Positions 15,845 through 25,286 of a stretch of DNA of 61,595 nt are shown piece by piece. Below the pieces are notes generated by a model. The model was not told the DNA's origin and searched no databases. It saw only the letters and a list, made by a program, of their open reading frames with translations. Positions within the stretch are counted from its first letter, which is position 1; every line of letters starts with the position of its first letter. The position numbers were made by a program, and so were the translations under genes. The stretch comes from a bacterium (GTDB lineage Bacteria > UBP14 > UBA6098 > JAFGQG01), in the NCBI GenBank assembly GCA_016930435.1, contig JAFGGQ010000148.1:1-61595 (forward strand), written 5' to 3'.

Positions 15845-16919
15845 CCGTTCAAAAATAGATAAAATATTGCTCTTAGCCCTGCCGGGTATCGGGGATACCT
15901 TGTTATTTACTCCTGCAATCGAAGTTATAAGGCGTAATTTCCCCGAATCTAAAATAACTGTGGTGGTAATGATTAAGGGATCCTTTACGGTCCTTGACGC
16001 CAATCCGGATATTGATGAGGTTATTTATTGGAATTTTGTTAAGGAGGGAATATGGAGATCCCTTAAATTTGTACTCCAATTAAGAAGAAAAAAATTTCCA
16101 ATTACCATTGTAGCCTATCCTGCAAACCGGATTGAGTATAATATGATTAACTTTATGATCGGGTCCAGGTGGCGTCCAACCCATAAATATAATCATCTTG
16201 ATTTTCGTTGTGGTGGTTTTCTTAATCATCAGGTGATCCGGGAGGATGACAATCGCCACAATGTTCTGGAGAATCTTTTACTGCTCAGGGATATTGGATT
16301 GCAAATAGAGCCCGTTCCAGAACGCTTATCAGTCTATCTTGCAGACTCTGACTACGAATGTGCTGATTCATTTTTAAAAAAGCATGGTCTTTTCAATAAA
16401 TCTCTGATAGGATTTCATCCGGGATGTTCCGAGCTTAAAAGCCACTATAAACGGAGATGGGAAGCTTTCAAATATGGTGAATTAGGTACTGTTCTAAAAC
16501 AGAAACATGGGTATGAAATTCTTGTTTTCGGGGGACCTGATGAAGCTGAATTAAAAGAAGAGGTGGCTTCACTTATAAAACCATGTGGTATCGTGGTGGA
16601 GGGGACTACTATGTTAGGAACTGCTGCTTTAATGAAAAAATGCAGATTGTTTGTAACTAATATTTCTTCTTTAATGCATATGGCTTCTGCTGTTCAAATA
16701 CCCACTGTTGCAATTTTTGGACCTACAAGCCATATCTATGAAGCCCCTTATGGTACCCGATTCATTATAGCCCGAACCGATCTTCCTTGCAGTCCCTGTT
16801 TCTATTATTCCCCGCGGCACCTCAAATGCGGCACTAACCGCGATTTCGAATGCCTGAAAAAACTCACGGTTGAACAGGTCTATAAAGCCTGTCTGGAACT
16901 CCTCAACGAAAGCTCTTAA
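15819..16919 (+). CDS. Glycosyltransferase family 9 (heptosyltransferase-like)
   Basis: GIGD catalytic loop, HPG..KRW, MHMASAV..PTVAIFGPT, CSPC...C...C; overlaps rfaE2. Confidence 0.88.
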   Translation: MNMKKLQIDRSKIDKILLLALPGIGDTLLFTPAIEVIRRNFPESKITVVVMIKGSFTVLDANPDIDEVIYWNFVKEGIWRSLKFVLQLRRKKFPITIVAYPANRIEYNMINFMIGSRWRPTHKYNHLDFRCGGFLNHQVIREDDNRHNVLENLLLLRDIGLQIEPVPERLSVYLADSDYECADSFLKKHGLFNKSLIGFHPGCSELKSHYKRRWEAFKYGELGTVLKQKHGYEILVFGGPDEAELKEEVASLIKPCGIVVEGTTMLGTAALMKKCRLFVTNISSLMHMASAVQIPTVAIFGPTSHIYEAPYGTRFIIARTDLPCSPCFYYSPRHLKCGTNRDFECLKKLTVEQVYKACLELLNESS

Positions 16920-16954
16920 AATAATATGATGTTTTTGTAAAGTTGTATTTAATA

Positions 16955-18097
16955 CTACCCCACCACCGAGGGTTCCAGGATCAATTTCCCGGTTTGGAAG
17001 CGTTTATAGGTAAGCGGAGAAACATCGATCTCCGGGGGTTGTCCGGCTATCATCTGAGCTAATACTTTGGATGTGCTGGGTCCGATCATAAAACCATGCC
17101 CTGAAAACCCAACCGCCTGGAAGAACCCGGGTAGATCTTCTGCCTCTCCGACTATAGGTTGAGCATCGGGTGTTTTGTTGTATGAACCGGCCCATTGGCG
17201 AACCACCCTAAGTCTCTTGAAAATAGGGAGTATTTGTACGGCTTGTCCTACCATATATTCCAGAAAATGCCAACTGGCATTGATATTGTGGCTGGGTTCC
17301 TCCTTCTCACTGATCCCCATAATGAAACTGCCATGCGGCACCTGCTGGGTGTAGATCCCTATCTGGAAGGAGATTACCATGGTCTGGAATAGCGGCTCAA
17401 TAGGCTCTGTAACCAGTATCTGATGACGCTCAGAATAGGTTGGTATTGTTATCCCGGCCATTGCCGCTACCTCCCTGGAATATCCGCCTGCAGCATTAAC
17501 TACAATGGAAGTCCGAATAGTCCCCTGATCGGTCACCACTCCAGTAATACGGCCTTTCTCTATCAGTATTTCCCGGGCTTCAGTGAACTTGTTAATCTCT
17601 ACCCCCAATCGGCTGGCCGCATTGGCGTAGGCATAATTGGTCAGGAATGGATTAGCATGACCATCCGTAGGACAAAAAGTGGCGGCTATAAAACGGGAAG
17701 TGTCCAGATACGGGCAGATCTCCAGTGCTTCCTTTACACTGATCAGCCGGGAAGGAATATTGTATTTAGCCTGTACCGACAGGTTACGCTTGAACTGCTC
17801 TACCTGGGTCTCGTTATGAGCCAGGACCAAATAGCCCCCCTGCCGGTATTCTATGTCATAATCCAGCTCTTCCCTCAAGTTCTCAAATATATCAACGCTG
17901 GCCTTGGCCAGCTGACAGTTCATGTCCAAACCCCACTGCTGCCTGACCCCAGCTCCGCATCGGCCTGTAGCACCCGAAGAGAGGTAACTCCTCTCCAGGA
18001 TAACAATATCCTTGATACCTAACCCCGCTAAATAATAGGCAGTGGCTGATCCTATTATCCCCCCACCTATGATTACTACATTAGCGCTACTCCTCAC
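16955..18097 (-). CDS. FAD-dependent DAAO-family oxidoreductase (dye-linked proline dehydrogenase beta / sarcosine oxidase beta-like)
   Basis: IIGGGIIG, GATGRCGAGVRQQW, RQWAG, TPDAQP, GFSGHGFM. Confidence 0.88.
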   Translation of the reverse strand: MRSSANVVIIGGGIIGSATAYYLAGLGIKDIVILERSYLSSGATGRCGAGVRQQWGLDMNCQLAKASVDIFENLREELDYDIEYRQGGYLVLAHNETQVEQFKRNLSVQAKYNIPSRLISVKEALEICPYLDTSRFIAATFCPTDGHANPFLTNYAYANAASRLGVEINKFTEAREILIEKGRITGVVTDQGTIRTSIVVNAAGGYSREVAAMAGITIPTYSERHQILVTEPIEPLFQTMVISFQIGIYTQQVPHGSFIMGISEKEEPSHNINASWHFLEYMVGQAVQILPIFKRLRVVRQWAGSYNKTPDAQPIVGEAEDLPGFFQAVGFSGHGFMIGPSTSKVLAQMIAGQPPEIDVSPLTYKRFQTGKLILEPSVVG

Positions 18098-18371
18098 CTT
18101 CTACCCCCTCTAATATGGTCTCAAATTTTGTCACAAGTAATGGAGGGCGCTTGGTTGGCATTTCAATCTCGTCAATACTCACCCCAAGATAACGGGCTAA
18201 TTCCTTTCTGATCAAGGGCATACAGGTTGTTCCCTGGCAAGGTCCCATCCCACAACGGAGCGTCCTCTTGATCTCCTCCAGATTGTCAGCCCCATTACGA
18301 ATACATTCCCGGATCATATCCAGGGTGATATCCTCACACCTGCAGATAACAATATCCTTTTTTTCCTCCAT
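18087..18371 (-). CDS. BFD-like [2Fe-2S]-binding protein
   Basis: ICRCEDIT...RCGMGPCQGTTC...RPP. ATG 18371 follows AAGGA. Its stop overlaps the oxidoreductase start. Confidence 0.88.
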   Translation of the reverse strand: MEEKKDIVICRCEDITLDMIRECIRNGADNLEEIKRTLRCGMGPCQGTTCMPLIRKELARYLGVSIDEIEMPTKRPPLLVTKFETILEGVEGEE

Positions 18372-18504
18372 TGGTCCTTTCAATTTTATTTTAATTTGTT
18401 TTTTTCCCTTATCCTTTTCCGTTGTTTGTAGCCTTAGTATAAAAGTGGTTATTTATATATCTCTAACCTTATTAGCTTATTAAAATGTTTATCCCTACTC
18501 CGAA

Positions 18505-19254
18505 TCATATTTCCTTAAGCCAGAATAATATTTTAGTTAAAAGTGCCAGGGCGGCGGTCTCCGTCCTCAAACGCCGGTTGCCCAGCATCAATGGGATGCA
18601 GCCCCATTCTCTGAGCAGAACGATCTCCCGGCTGGAAAACCCGCCCTCAGGACCCACCGCCAAAAACAGATCCTGGTTGGCTTCGAAAGTATGTGATTTT
18701 AAATTGGGAAAGCCATCCAAATCGGCGTAAACCTTGAGATCGAAACTATGCTCTTTAAAAAATTCATCGATTGTTATTGCGGGATGAATCACCGGGAATC
18801 GGGTTCGAAGGGATTGCTTCATAGCTTTTATAGCAATTTTTTCCAGGCGGCCCAAAATATTTGATTGATGATCCCCGCTTTTAAATTCAAAAACATTAAA
18901 ATCTACCAGTAAAGGAACGAATTGGCTGATCCCCAGTTGAGTGGCCTGGTCCAGAATCAACTCCATATTCTTCTGACGCACCATCCCCACTGCCAGCGTA
19001 ATATTAAAGGGTAATTCGGAAAATGTAGCGGGGGTTTCCAATACCTCACATTTCACCGAATTATGCTCTATGCCGATGATCTTGCACTTGTAAAGCCCGC
19101 CCACTCCATCTACTACATAGATGGTCTTACCCTTCTTGTTCCTCAGTACGACTGTAGCATGTTTAGCCTCTTCATCCTTCAATTTAAGGGTATCCTGTTT
19201 CACCAGACTTGGGGGGGTATAAAAATATGTGGTAAGATGATCTAACATGGACAT
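18505..19254 (-). CDS. rsmE: 16S rRNA m3U1498 methyltransferase
   Basis: H...VLR, ATQLG, AMKQS, VGPEGGFS, LGNRRLRTETA. Confidence 0.93.
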   Translation of the reverse strand: MSMLDHLTTYFYTPPSLVKQDTLKLKDEEAKHATVVLRNKKGKTIYVVDGVGGLYKCKIIGIEHNSVKCEVLETPATFSELPFNITLAVGMVRQKNMELILDQATQLGISQFVPLLVDFNVFEFKSGDHQSNILGRLEKIAIKAMKQSLRTRFPVIHPAITIDEFFKEHSFDLKVYADLDGFPNLKSHTFEANQDLFLAVGPEGGFSSREIVLLREWGCIPLMLGNRRLRTETAALALLTKILFWLKEI

Positions 19255-19276
19255 TGAATTTTGTAAACTTCTGCTT

Positions 19277-20422
19277 CTATATTCCGAAAAAATCTCTTAT
19301 TTTTTCCAGGTAATCACCTTTAAGCTGGGGCTCTTTATCGCCCTGAACCTGTTTTAATTTTTCAAGGAGCTTCTTTTCCTCGGGGTTCAGTTTTTCAGGG
19401 GTCACGACGATGGTCCGGACCAGCAAATCACCCCTGCCATGGCCTTTTAAATGGGGCAATCCCTGGTTACTGAAAGAAAATACTTCCCCTGACTGGGTGC
19501 CTTTGGGAATCTTTAATTCCACTTTTCCATTCAGGGTTGGAATCTTGATCTTGTCCCCCAGGGCGGCCTGGCTGAAAGTGATACCCTGTTGAAAGAGCAG
19601 ATTGTCTTCACGGCGCATGAACAAAGGATGTTTTTTCTCGTGTACGAATACAAGCAGAGAACCCGGGGGACCGTTATTCGGCCCTACATCACCCTTGCCC
19701 TCAAGAACAACATAATTCCCTTCTTTAACCCCCGCCGGGAATTTTACCGGAATTGTCTCCTCCTCTTGAACCCTCCCACTGCCACGGCAAATATCACAGG
19801 TCTCTGTTGCAACCTTGCCTTTACCGCCACAATCAGGACAGGTGATGATCTGGATTGAATGACCCAGCAGAAACTGAGATACCTTTCTAACCTGGCCCCT
19901 GCCCTGACAGGTCTGACAGGTCTTGACCTCCGCCCCCGGTGGCACACCGCCTCCACCACAATTCGAACAGGGAACATAGCGCTTGACCTTCAGGGTCTTT
20001 TCAACACCAGTATTGATCTCCTCCAGAGTAAGATTTACAGATGCCTTCAAGTCCTTGCCCCGATAAACCTGATTACGGGCAGCCGAACCGGTTGAACCAA
20101 ATCCGAACCCGCCGAAACCATTCATTACATTCCTGAAAAGGTCGAAGGGATTAGTCATATTTATGCCAAATCCAAAAATATCCTCCAGGCTGCTGAAACC
20201 CCCGCTATCGTAACGGGCACGTTTCTCGGGATCGGAGAGTACCGCATAAGCCTCAGAGATTTCCTTGAAACGCTTTTCCGCCTCCGGCTGGTCCGGGTTG
20301 CGGTCCGGATGCCATTTCATGGCTAATTTACGGTATGAAGCCTTGATCTCCTCCAGGGTTGCACTCTCGGAAACCTCAAGCAACTCGTAGTAATCCTGCT
20401 TGTTAGAAGCGTTAAATGGCAT
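19277..20422 (-). CDS. dnaJ: Chaperone DnaJ
   Basis: J domain with HPD, G/F-rich region, four CxxCxGxG repeats. Confidence 0.97.
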   Translation of the reverse strand: MPFNASNKQDYYELLEVSESATLEEIKASYRKLAMKWHPDRNPDQPEAEKRFKEISEAYAVLSDPEKRARYDSGGFSSLEDIFGFGINMTNPFDLFRNVMNGFGGFGFGSTGSAARNQVYRGKDLKASVNLTLEEINTGVEKTLKVKRYVPCSNCGGGGVPPGAEVKTCQTCQGRGQVRKVSQFLLGHSIQIITCPDCGGKGKVATETCDICRGSGRVQEEETIPVKFPAGVKEGNYVVLEGKGDVGPNNGPPGSLLVFVHEKKHPLFMRREDNLLFQQGITFSQAALGDKIKIPTLNGKVELKIPKGTQSGEVFSFSNQGLPHLKGHGRGDLLVRTIVVTPEKLNPEEKKLLEKLKQVQGDKEPQLKGDYLEKIRDFFGI

Positions 20423-20964
20423 CAGTTCGCGGACTCCTTATCATCATCTTTGCTAATTCCTACAACCACCCTGGAAGGCCTTATCAAACGGTCCTTACGA
20501 CGGTAACCCTTCTGTATCTCCTCGATAACCATACCATCCTTATCCGGTTCCGCAGGCATCTGACTAACCGCCTCATGCACCAGGGGGTCAAATGGCATTC
20601 CCATACATTCTAACTCCTCTACACCTTCCTGACGGAGCATCTCACAGTAGTGCTTATAGGTCAATTCGATCCCCTTATAGAATGATTCATAGCATTCCGA
20701 TTCCTCTGCGGCTTTCAAAGCCCGTTCTAAATTATCCTTGATTTCCAGGAAACGGGCCAGCATAGCATCCTGCATAGAATTCAAAATATCCCCGGTGAAT
20801 TTCTGCTGGCGCTTTTTGTAATTTTCAAAATCAGCCGCCAAACGAAGATATTTGTCTTCCAACGCCTTGTATTCCGCTTCATAATCCCGCTCCGGGGTAT
20901 TTTCCGGTTCATCAGTTAAGGGAATCTTTTTTTTCTTATCAGGATTTTCTTTGGGACTGCTCAT
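20422..20964 (-). CDS. grpE: Nucleotide exchange factor GrpE
   Basis: LRLAADFENYKKR, DNLERAL, FDPLVHEAV, QKGY...RPSRVVV; TGATG coupling to dnaJ. Confidence 0.96.
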   Translation of the reverse strand: MSSPKENPDKKKKIPLTDEPENTPERDYEAEYKALEDKYLRLAADFENYKKRQQKFTGDILNSMQDAMLARFLEIKDNLERALKAAEESECYESFYKGIELTYKHYCEMLRQEGVEELECMGMPFDPLVHEAVSQMPAEPDKDGMVIEEIQKGYRRKDRLIRPSRVVVGISKDDDKESAN

Positions 20965-21027
20965 TGTGCTCCTTAAACAACATTTATTTTAGGTATAAAT
21001 AGGTTTTATTTTAAAAGGTAATTAAGA

Positions 21028-21055
21028 ATTATAAAAATATTCTCTGTTTTGTCAA
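21028..21055 (-). promoter_or_regulatory. Putative sigma70 promoter for grpE-dnaJ-rsmE
   Basis: Minus strand reads TTGACA-N16-TATAAT (perfect hexamers). Confidence 0.7.
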
Positions 21056-21201
21056 GTTACAACCGGGATTTTTTAAAAAGTTTGAGGATAATAGGGTATG
21101 AATGTAGGAGTGTAATGGCAGAACTGTATTGGAATCCGGGGGAAAAACCCCGCTTCTATCTTAAGGCAAAAATGGGGCAATCGAATTCTTCTGCCTATAT
21201 A

Positions 21202-24200
21202 CTAACGGATCAACGTAACGGAACCATTACAGACTATTTCATCCTCGAAGACGATGATCCAGATATAAATACCCCGTGGCGCAGGATTTCCGCGATTATT
21301 AGTCCCGTCCCAAACAAGGAAGTCGCCAGCCTCTCCGTGCACAGTGCGTATCTCCTCCTCATCAAGTGTAAAGATGGTAAGGGTGCCTCCGCCCAGATAC
21401 ATGTGAGGGTAGGTGAAGGTTACCACATCGTTATACCCGTCGCCGTTAGGCGTAAAGACATTGGGAGAATAACTGCATACCGATATAGACGGGATAAAGC
21501 ACCAGCGCAGGATTTCATAGAGGGGATTTGGAAGACCGTAATCAGGGGTCAGGTCGTCCGCGGCCTCCAGGGTAACGCAGGCGCTTTCGCCATCCACAAA
21601 AGACAGCGGGATGTCCTCGGGGATAAAGGATAGGGTATGGGAAGCAAGGTCCCAGTGAATGCCCGGATCTCCGATAATGTAAAGGGTTTCGTTTATGCGC
21701 AATTGAATAGTGCTGATATTGACTTCCCGCAATTCATCCTCCACCGTCAGGATGATATCCTGTTGATAATCTTCGGTTACAGAACCTGCCGGCGGAAGGA
21801 TGGTAGTTCCTACCGGGCCGGTCAGATCAACCCGGAACGTCCAGCCGAACGGGTTTTGAAGCTCATTGCCAACATTGTCGTCGGCTGCAATCAATTGGCA
21901 GTTGACTGTCTGCCCATCGGTGAAAAGGTTGGGTGATTCCGGGTAATACCATAGTATGCTATCCGCATCATAAATGACCGTAGTGCCATTGACATAAAGG
22001 TTCAGTCCGGCTACATTCAAGTGAATTGTAGAGGGATCCACACCATTGGCATCATCCACTATCCTGATAGCGATGGACTGGTTCGCATTGGTGGTCCATG
22101 TGCTGGAATCAGGCTGGATCAGGGTGGCGATAGGTCCGGTGATATTGCGGAAGCTTATGCGCTGAGTGTCACTGCAGCAGAAAGAACGGTCGATACTGAG
22201 AGAATCGTCAAAGTCGTCATCGTACGCGCATACCCGATAGATGAAAGAGGCATTTTCATCCTGTCCGGGGATGAGTGCACGGAAGATATCTCCGCCAAAT
22301 CTTTCCATCTGTTCCTCGTAATTATCTGTCATATCCTCCAGGCTGCCATCGGGAGTCCATTCAAGGTAAACTCCATAGCCTTCCGAGCCGGTAAGATCAT
22401 CATATACTCCGGATGCATCCTCTATGGCGCACTGTATGTAGAATTGCAGGTTTTCCTCTACATGCTGGGGTGAAAAATCGGTGAATTCCGGGCAGAGTGT
22501 ATCATCATCCTGGATGTAAAAACACCATTCATAGGGGATCATGGAATTGGGGTCGCCATAGTCGGGGTTATCGACGGCCCGGATGACCCGAACGCAAACG
22601 GTGTCCCGCTCCAGGAAATGAAGGTTAACCTCTTCCGGGTCGATCACGAAAGTGGTTCCATTCCAGGCAATACCATCCGAGTAAACCGAGAAGTTGACAT
22701 CTATCCCGGATAGTGGTGCGGTAATTTTAATCAGGATAGAAGCCTCTCTGACCCCGGCCAGATCGTCAGTGATATCCATTCGGATAATGGGGGTCTGTCG
22801 GTCCGGGCCGTTCAGTACGGTGTCAGGCAGGGGACTGACATTGGATACTACCGGTCCCCTTAAATCGACGTAGAATTCCCATTCGATGGGTCCGGAGAAG
22901 GGGCTGTGCCCATTGCCGTCCAGTACCTGAGCCAGAATAACGTTCACCTCTTGCCTGTGGGTGAAAGGAACGGATGGATAAAAATAAAGGGTATCATCGG
23001 AAAATGATAGTTCGGGTGAGCCATATACGGTATAGAGGACCTCCTCCACCACAAACTGGATGGTGGTGTCATTGATCCCTTCGTGCGGCTCGTTGAGAAC
23101 CATAAGTATTTCTTGCCGGGAATTAGAGCTATTGGTGCCGTTGAGCGGTTTTATGATCTCACCGGCGGGTCCGCATGGTGCCATGAATGGGGTTTCATCA
23201 TCATCGTCCAGTCCCACGAATTGAACTTCCAGGTTGAGGTGGCGGATGCCGCAATCGGCAACCGAATTAGATGTGGTGTAGGATACATAGTAACCACCGC
23301 GAATAAATTCAGATATCTGCTCTAATATCTCGTCGAATGGGTAGTCCAGATCGTACCAGGTGCCGCCGGTTTCATCGGTCAGGGTCCCGGGCCCGGTATA
23401 AAAGGAAGAATAATAATCACTGCTAACCACGAAGCAAACCGAATTATAAGAGAGCAGTGAGTCCACGCATTCATCCAGTGTAATATCCGAGTATGTAGTG
23501 CCATCACCCCTGTAATGGGGGTTATTATCGGTGATCATAATAATCACGATCCTTGCCCCCGGTCGGAATTCCAGAAAATGGAGGGCATCGGCGATCGCAT
23601 CGAGAGAAGTTTCCGGTCCGTCCCCGCCTCCGGATGCCACTACACCATCCACCATATCCTGAAACAGGTCGATATCAGAGGTCAGTTCATAACCCAGCCC
23701 AAAGCGGGTACCATCAAAATCTGTTTCGTCCTTAAAGGTAACCAGTCCCAACCGATAGTTGATACCGATCATCGCCAATGAATCAGCAAAGGCTCCCACT
23801 CGTGCCTGAACATCGGAGATGATCCAGCCCATGCTTCCGGTGTCATCGATTACGAATACGATATCAGCCATGCCCCCGCCGCCCAGATTGCGAACGATCA
23901 GGGGATATTGACGGGTGCCATCTTCGTGTGCAATAAAGTTCCGGGCGGTCAAGCCCTCTACGGTGCGGTCGTCCTCATCGGTAACGTAAACCAGTGACTG
24001 GATGAGGGGGAAGTTATCCGGTGCCACCTGACGAATGGAGAGGTTGATATCAGATGGGGGCGGTATATATATGACAAAGGACCAGCAGGTGTCGGTAATA
24101 GAATTAGCACCGCAGTATTCTGACCGATCGGAAACTGAATCCAGGCATACAACAACGGTATCACCGATGTAGAATTCCCTGCCGGCCATGGAGGCAGTCC

Positions 24201-25050
24201 ATACCAGGCTGTCTCCGCCCCAACGAAGCGATGGATGCCCCCAACTGTAAGTAATGCCGCCGATAGTTATGGTGATGGAACTTGTATCCAGTCCGGAACC
24301 GGAATCAGCAACATAGAAGGATATTCGAGGATAGGTTTCCCGGGTAGTTCCCCCGGGATCGGGATGTATATTCCAGAGCACAGGTGGAGTCAGGTCCACC
24401 CAGAAAGAGCAGTTGATCAGGGGTAGCCCGATTGAATTTCCCAATGTATCGGCTAACTCGGTAATGGCATAGTGATACTCACCGTCTTCAGCGGGGAGCG
24501 AGGGGCGGAATATCAACAGGGTTTCAGTAGGCGAGGAGAAGAAGGTCAGTTCAGGCGATGATATATCGAAAATGAATCCATTTACCACTACTTCGATAGA
24601 GAGAGTATCGATCTCGTGTTCGTCCCAGAGAGCTACAATTATAGCGGTGTCCGCACAACTGATATAGGAACTGCAGGGTGGAAAGATCATCCTTCCAACC
24701 GGGGGGTAAACATCATCATCTATGATCCAGAATCCATCAAAGAGTGTATCGGCAGCTCCGCTGGGGTTTGTAACGATAACGTCCCTGGTCCCCAGTGGGG
24801 CGGCGATATCGATATCGATATTTGCCCGTAGAAAAGCGGAAGTGATATAAACCAGGCTGGTTACAGTTATCCCGGCGCCAAAATCTGTTGAAAGTGCGGG
24901 TCCGGAAACGAAATTGGTACCGGACAGCAGGATGGTCAAGCTGCTTCCCTGCGCCCCGGTGTCGGGGCTGACACTATACAACGTTGGGGTTTGGGCCCAT
25001 AGCGCAAAGGGAATAATTATTAACAAAGCAAAAAATAACCTATATTTCAC
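21202..25050 (-). CDS. Secreted 1282-aa protein: IPT/TIG-like N-domain, Cys-containing Ig-like repeats, VWA domain, C-terminal gliding-motility-associated (CHU_C / T9SS type-B-like) domain
   Basis: GTG after GGAGG; signal peptide; DIVFVIDDTGSM (MIDAS-like), GGGDGPE, ITD; C-terminus SPNVFTPNGDGYND...WDG...GIYIW...GSVTLIR. Confidence 0.87.
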   Translation of the reverse strand: MKYRLFFALLIIIPFALWAQTPTLYSVSPDTGAQGSSLTILLSGTNFVSGPALSTDFGAGITVTSLVYITSAFLRANIDIDIAAPLGTRDVIVTNPSGAADTLFDGFWIIDDDVYPPVGRMIFPPCSSYISCADTAIIVALWDEHEIDTLSIEVVVNGFIFDISSPELTFFSSPTETLLIFRPSLPAEDGEYHYAITELADTLGNSIGLPLINCSFWVDLTPPVLWNIHPDPGGTTRETYPRISFYVADSGSGLDTSSITITIGGITYSWGHPSLRWGGDSLVWTASMAGREFYIGDTVVVCLDSVSDRSEYCGANSITDTCWSFVIYIPPPSDINLSIRQVAPDNFPLIQSLVYVTDEDDRTVEGLTARNFIAHEDGTRQYPLIVRNLGGGGMADIVFVIDDTGSMGWIISDVQARVGAFADSLAMIGINYRLGLVTFKDETDFDGTRFGLGYELTSDIDLFQDMVDGVVASGGGDGPETSLDAIADALHFLEFRPGARIVIIMITDNNPHYRGDGTTYSDITLDECVDSLLSYNSVCFVVSSDYYSSFYTGPGTLTDETGGTWYDLDYPFDEILEQISEFIRGGYYVSYTTSNSVADCGIRHLNLEVQFVGLDDDDETPFMAPCGPAGEIIKPLNGTNSSNSRQEILMVLNEPHEGINDTTIQFVVEEVLYTVYGSPELSFSDDTLYFYPSVPFTHRQEVNVILAQVLDGNGHSPFSGPIEWEFYVDLRGPVVSNVSPLPDTVLNGPDRQTPIIRMDITDDLAGVREASILIKITAPLSGIDVNFSVYSDGIAWNGTTFVIDPEEVNLHFLERDTVCVRVIRAVDNPDYGDPNSMIPYEWCFYIQDDDTLCPEFTDFSPQHVEENLQFYIQCAIEDASGVYDDLTGSEGYGVYLEWTPDGSLEDMTDNYEEQMERFGGDIFRALIPGQDENASFIYRVCAYDDDFDDSLSIDRSFCCSDTQRISFRNITGPIATLIQPDSSTWTTNANQSIAIRIVDDANGVDPSTIHLNVAGLNLYVNGTTVIYDADSILWYYPESPNLFTDGQTVNCQLIAADDNVGNELQNPFGWTFRVDLTGPVGTTILPPAGSVTEDYQQDIILTVEDELREVNISTIQLRINETLYIIGDPGIHWDLASHTLSFIPEDIPLSFVDGESACVTLEAADDLTPDYGLPNPLYEILRWCFIPSISVCSYSPNVFTPNGDGYNDVVTFTYPHMYLGGGTLTIFTLDEEEIRTVHGEAGDFLVWDGTNNRGNPAPRGIYIWIIVFEDEIVCNGSVTLIR

Positions 25051-25286
25051 AGAAGCCTCCTTGATAATTACTACTATAATTTAAGCTATTATAATATCTT
25101 TTTCAAAGTATAATGCAAGGATATAAAAGTCAACTATTATTTTGCAACTGCATTAAACAGGATAATATTGCAAAGCATTTCAAACAGTTTTTCTTGATAA
25201 ACAGCCAGAGTCCAGCCGCTTATGAAATGTTTGAAATATAATCACCAAAGCAGATGAAAATCCGGATAGGTGGGTCAGTTATTCTT

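Noticed and set aside
16955-18371. Hydrogen cyanide synthase or opine oxidase operon
   Set aside because: The other required subunits are not adjacent, and the motifs fit the PdhB/SoxB-like group at least as well.
21049-21633. 194-aa plus-strand ORF, and other short ORFs overlapping long genes (e.g. 40419-41081, 17423-18022, 46177-46794)
   Set aside because: They are antisense or alternate-frame shadows of well-supported genes and show no recognisable motifs.
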